Position numbers and translations under genes: made by a program | Notes under the pieces: model-generated | The model's database searches: none | Seen by the model: only the letters and a program-made list of their open reading frames with translations | What the model was told of the DNA's origin: nothing | Part shown: one piece after another, positions 61,625-64,000 of the stretch | Numbering within the stretch: the stretch's first letter is position 1 | Layout: every line of letters starts with the position of its first letter | From: Macrostomum lignano | Taxonomy: Eukaryota | Direction of reading: 5' to 3' | Assembly (NCBI GenBank): GCA_002269645.1 | Contig: NIVC01001034.1 | Span: forward strand, 1 to 64,000 | Length of the DNA stretch: 64,000 nt

Positions 61625-63469
61625 ATGTCAACTGGGAGCCTGGCCGAGTTCACAGCAAAAGCCAGCCGACAGGACCCGCAGCAGATTAACGAATCAGAGT
61701 TCATTGGCACGCCCCGGCAAAGTCAGGCAGATCGATCCCAACAGCAAGCCAGTGAGTACTTGCAACACAGTTGAATTCTAATCAAAATTATATTGTAGGT
61801 TTGCTTACAACATTTTTATTGTCACCAAAGCTCACAACTGGCTCCTGTTAGGATCTCTAGCTAGGCTACGTCGCATACTAAAGAAAACATCCGTGAAATC
61901 GAAACAAATTCGTACAGAAGCTATAGCCCAAGAAATAGGTGCTTATAGTGTAAATTTTCAAGGGCCAGCTATAGCACCTGTTTTCTGAAAATCGAGTGCC
62001 AAAAATGTGCTTGCAATAGAGGAGTTTTACACGTGTTTGCTTGATTTACAATTTTTAACCTCAAATTTAACGTCTTTCTATTATAAATGTCTATAAGTTT
62101 GGCAAAAGTCCTTGAGAAAAGATGCTTGCTTGCCCTGTTAAATATGAGTGCTCAATAGAATTTAGTAGAATTTCAATTTCGAAGCGATAAAATTACGCCC
62201 TCGTACTACGTTTAGTAACGATTAAATATATCAGTAGTATCCAATAAGTATAGTTATGTCTATGTCTAAAATTACTTATGTGCCAAGGTTTAGTCTGTAG
62301 AAAAAACGCTTTGCACACTTAGGCTGTGAATAAGTTCACGCTCCGATTATCAAATTGCAGGCTGAATGGCATCAGTTTGGACCATAGACTATAGTTTTGT
62401 CAACTTTTCATTCAAGCTGAATTTCGTATCTATGAATTAATTGAAAGCTCCTAGGATCTACGCTCGTACTTAGGCGGAAAATGCTATTCTTCATCACTTG
62501 TTGACTGACATTCTTCCTTACCAGAGATGCGACAGCAGCAACCGCACCAGCAAGAAGAAACGCCACCGAATGGTTGCGGATGCTGCGAGTGCCTGCTGAA
62601 GTTCATCAGCATCATACTCATCATCCTGACCTTCCCGTTCTCCTTGTGCGCCTGCATCAAAATTGTGCAACAGTACGAACGCGCGGTCATCTTCCGACTC
62701 GGCCGGATTCAAGGCGAGCCTAAAGGTAGCTCGCGTCCGATGCTTTTTGACAACTTTTTCTTGTGGAACAGGTTAACCTACATTCAATGCAAAAATTAAT
62801 ATTTCTCAGGAAATTAATTTAATTAATTACAAATTTAAAACCAGTTCGGCACAGTTTACCACGAAGTTGTTTATAAAAGAATCTGACTGTCAATGCAATT
62901 CTTGGCCTTGAACAGTCGCTATTGTTTGTTAATGATGTATTGTCACTATAGATTTAGTGTATGTGAACTAGCGCCCTCTGCCCTCAAGGAGGGGGCGTTC
63001 GAATGAAGTCCTCAAAGTCATATATGACGATACGAGTCAGGCTCGTTTCCGCTCTATGGTGCCCCGATTGACGAACCTAATAAATGTAAAAAAATTTCGC
63101 ACCTAAAACCACCGAAATCAAATAATTCGTTTCATAGGTCCCGGTCTGTTCTTCATCATGCCCTGTATTGACAAGATGCAAGTGATGGACTTGCGCACGC
63201 TGACTTTCGACGTGCCGCCGCAGGAGATTCTCACCAAGGACTCAGTCACCGTAGCCGTGGACGCCGTGGTCTACTATCGCATCTTCGACCCGATCAGGGC
63301 CACGGTGGATATCGAGGATGTGCACCGAGCGACGCGACTGCTCGCTCAGACCACCCTGCGCAACACTCTGGGCACGAAGACGCTGCATGAGGTGCTGGCC
63401 GAGCGAGAGATCATTGCTCAGACGATGCAGGAGGGTCTGGACACTGCCACGGATCCGTGGGGCGTCAAG
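61625..63469 (+). CDS. STOM: Stomatin/MEC-2-like band-7 (SPFH) membrane protein, 3' incomplete (continues past the window)
   Basis: Exons 61625-61751, 62525-62725 and 63138-63469, introns phase 1,1, with a donor after 63469. Hairpin membrane segment ISIILIILTFPFSLCACIK, then VQQYERAVIFRLGR, GPGLFFIMPCID, DLRTLTFDVPPQEILTKDSVTVAVDAVVYYRI, LAQTTLRNTLG, ATDPWGVK. Confidence 0.92.
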
Positions 63470-64000
63470 GTAAGCGAGAAAGTCGATTAGATTCATGAGC
63501 TCTAAAATGTGTTGATTCTAGTCTAGTTCAAGTAAGCAATTGAAGTTCATTGTGGACTACTGATTTGAAGTAGGCTACTCAGGAAGAATACCAGTTTGCC
63601 TAGCGTCATTTGGCATTTCATGTCAAGGCCATGAAAGAGTAGAAAGAGTATCAGGATCAGCCATTTAGCAGAAAAGTCTGACTTCGAAAGAAAGGTTGCA
63701 ACAGTACTTGCCTGAGATGGAGGAACTCGCGATCTTTGAAATGAAAAAATCTAACATCATCGAGGTTACCTTTTGTGGTTCTTTCTTGCGTGTTAGTGTC
63801 GACGTGAATATGAGAAACTCTTTCAAGAAGAGAAAGTATTGAGTATGGTTGCTACTGCCATCGCAGACACAAAGTCAAGAGAGAATGACACGATTTCTGT
63901 ACAACTGACATTTGGAGGTTTTTAATTCGCAATGTGATCAGCGTTTAGCGAGGAAATAATGGCGCATTAATTAATTAAATCTATTCCGAGCTTTATGCAG

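Noticed and set aside
62968-63000. CTCF-like TAGCGCCCTCT / GAGGGGGCG pair in stomatin intron 2
   Set aside because: Short partial match that is common in repeats, with no independent support.

Overview
This is eukaryotic (metazoan) genomic DNA, not prokaryotic. It has spliced GT-AG genes, GC-rich exons, AT-rich introns and a very high load of tandem repeats. The style suggests a flatworm such as Macrostomum, but that is inference only. Positions 1-10858 hold a head-to-tail tandem array of a non-autonomous rolling-circle (Helentron/Helitron2-like) element: two full copies plus the tail of a third, each carrying an internal G-rich ~51-bp satellite. Eight host genes were reconstructed by hand with phase-consistent splice junctions. 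On the minus strand: a claudin/PMP22-superfamily tetraspan, a two-domain Ly6/uPAR GPI-anchored protein, an intronless 4x matrin-type zinc-finger protein with polyQ and heptad repeats, homogentisate 1,2-dioxygenase (with an apparent frameshift) and an intronless IER-family gene. On the plus strand: a Gab/DOS adaptor, hnRNP K and a stomatin/MEC-2-like gene (runs off the window) with an X-box 90 bp upstream of its ATG. Other mobile elements are a composite hAT element with an 8-bp TSD, several MITEs, two tRNA-derived SINE copies and a long inverted-repeat element. About 20 unrelated mini/microsatellites are present, many filling single introns. Most long ORFs in the supplied track are artefacts of these repeats.
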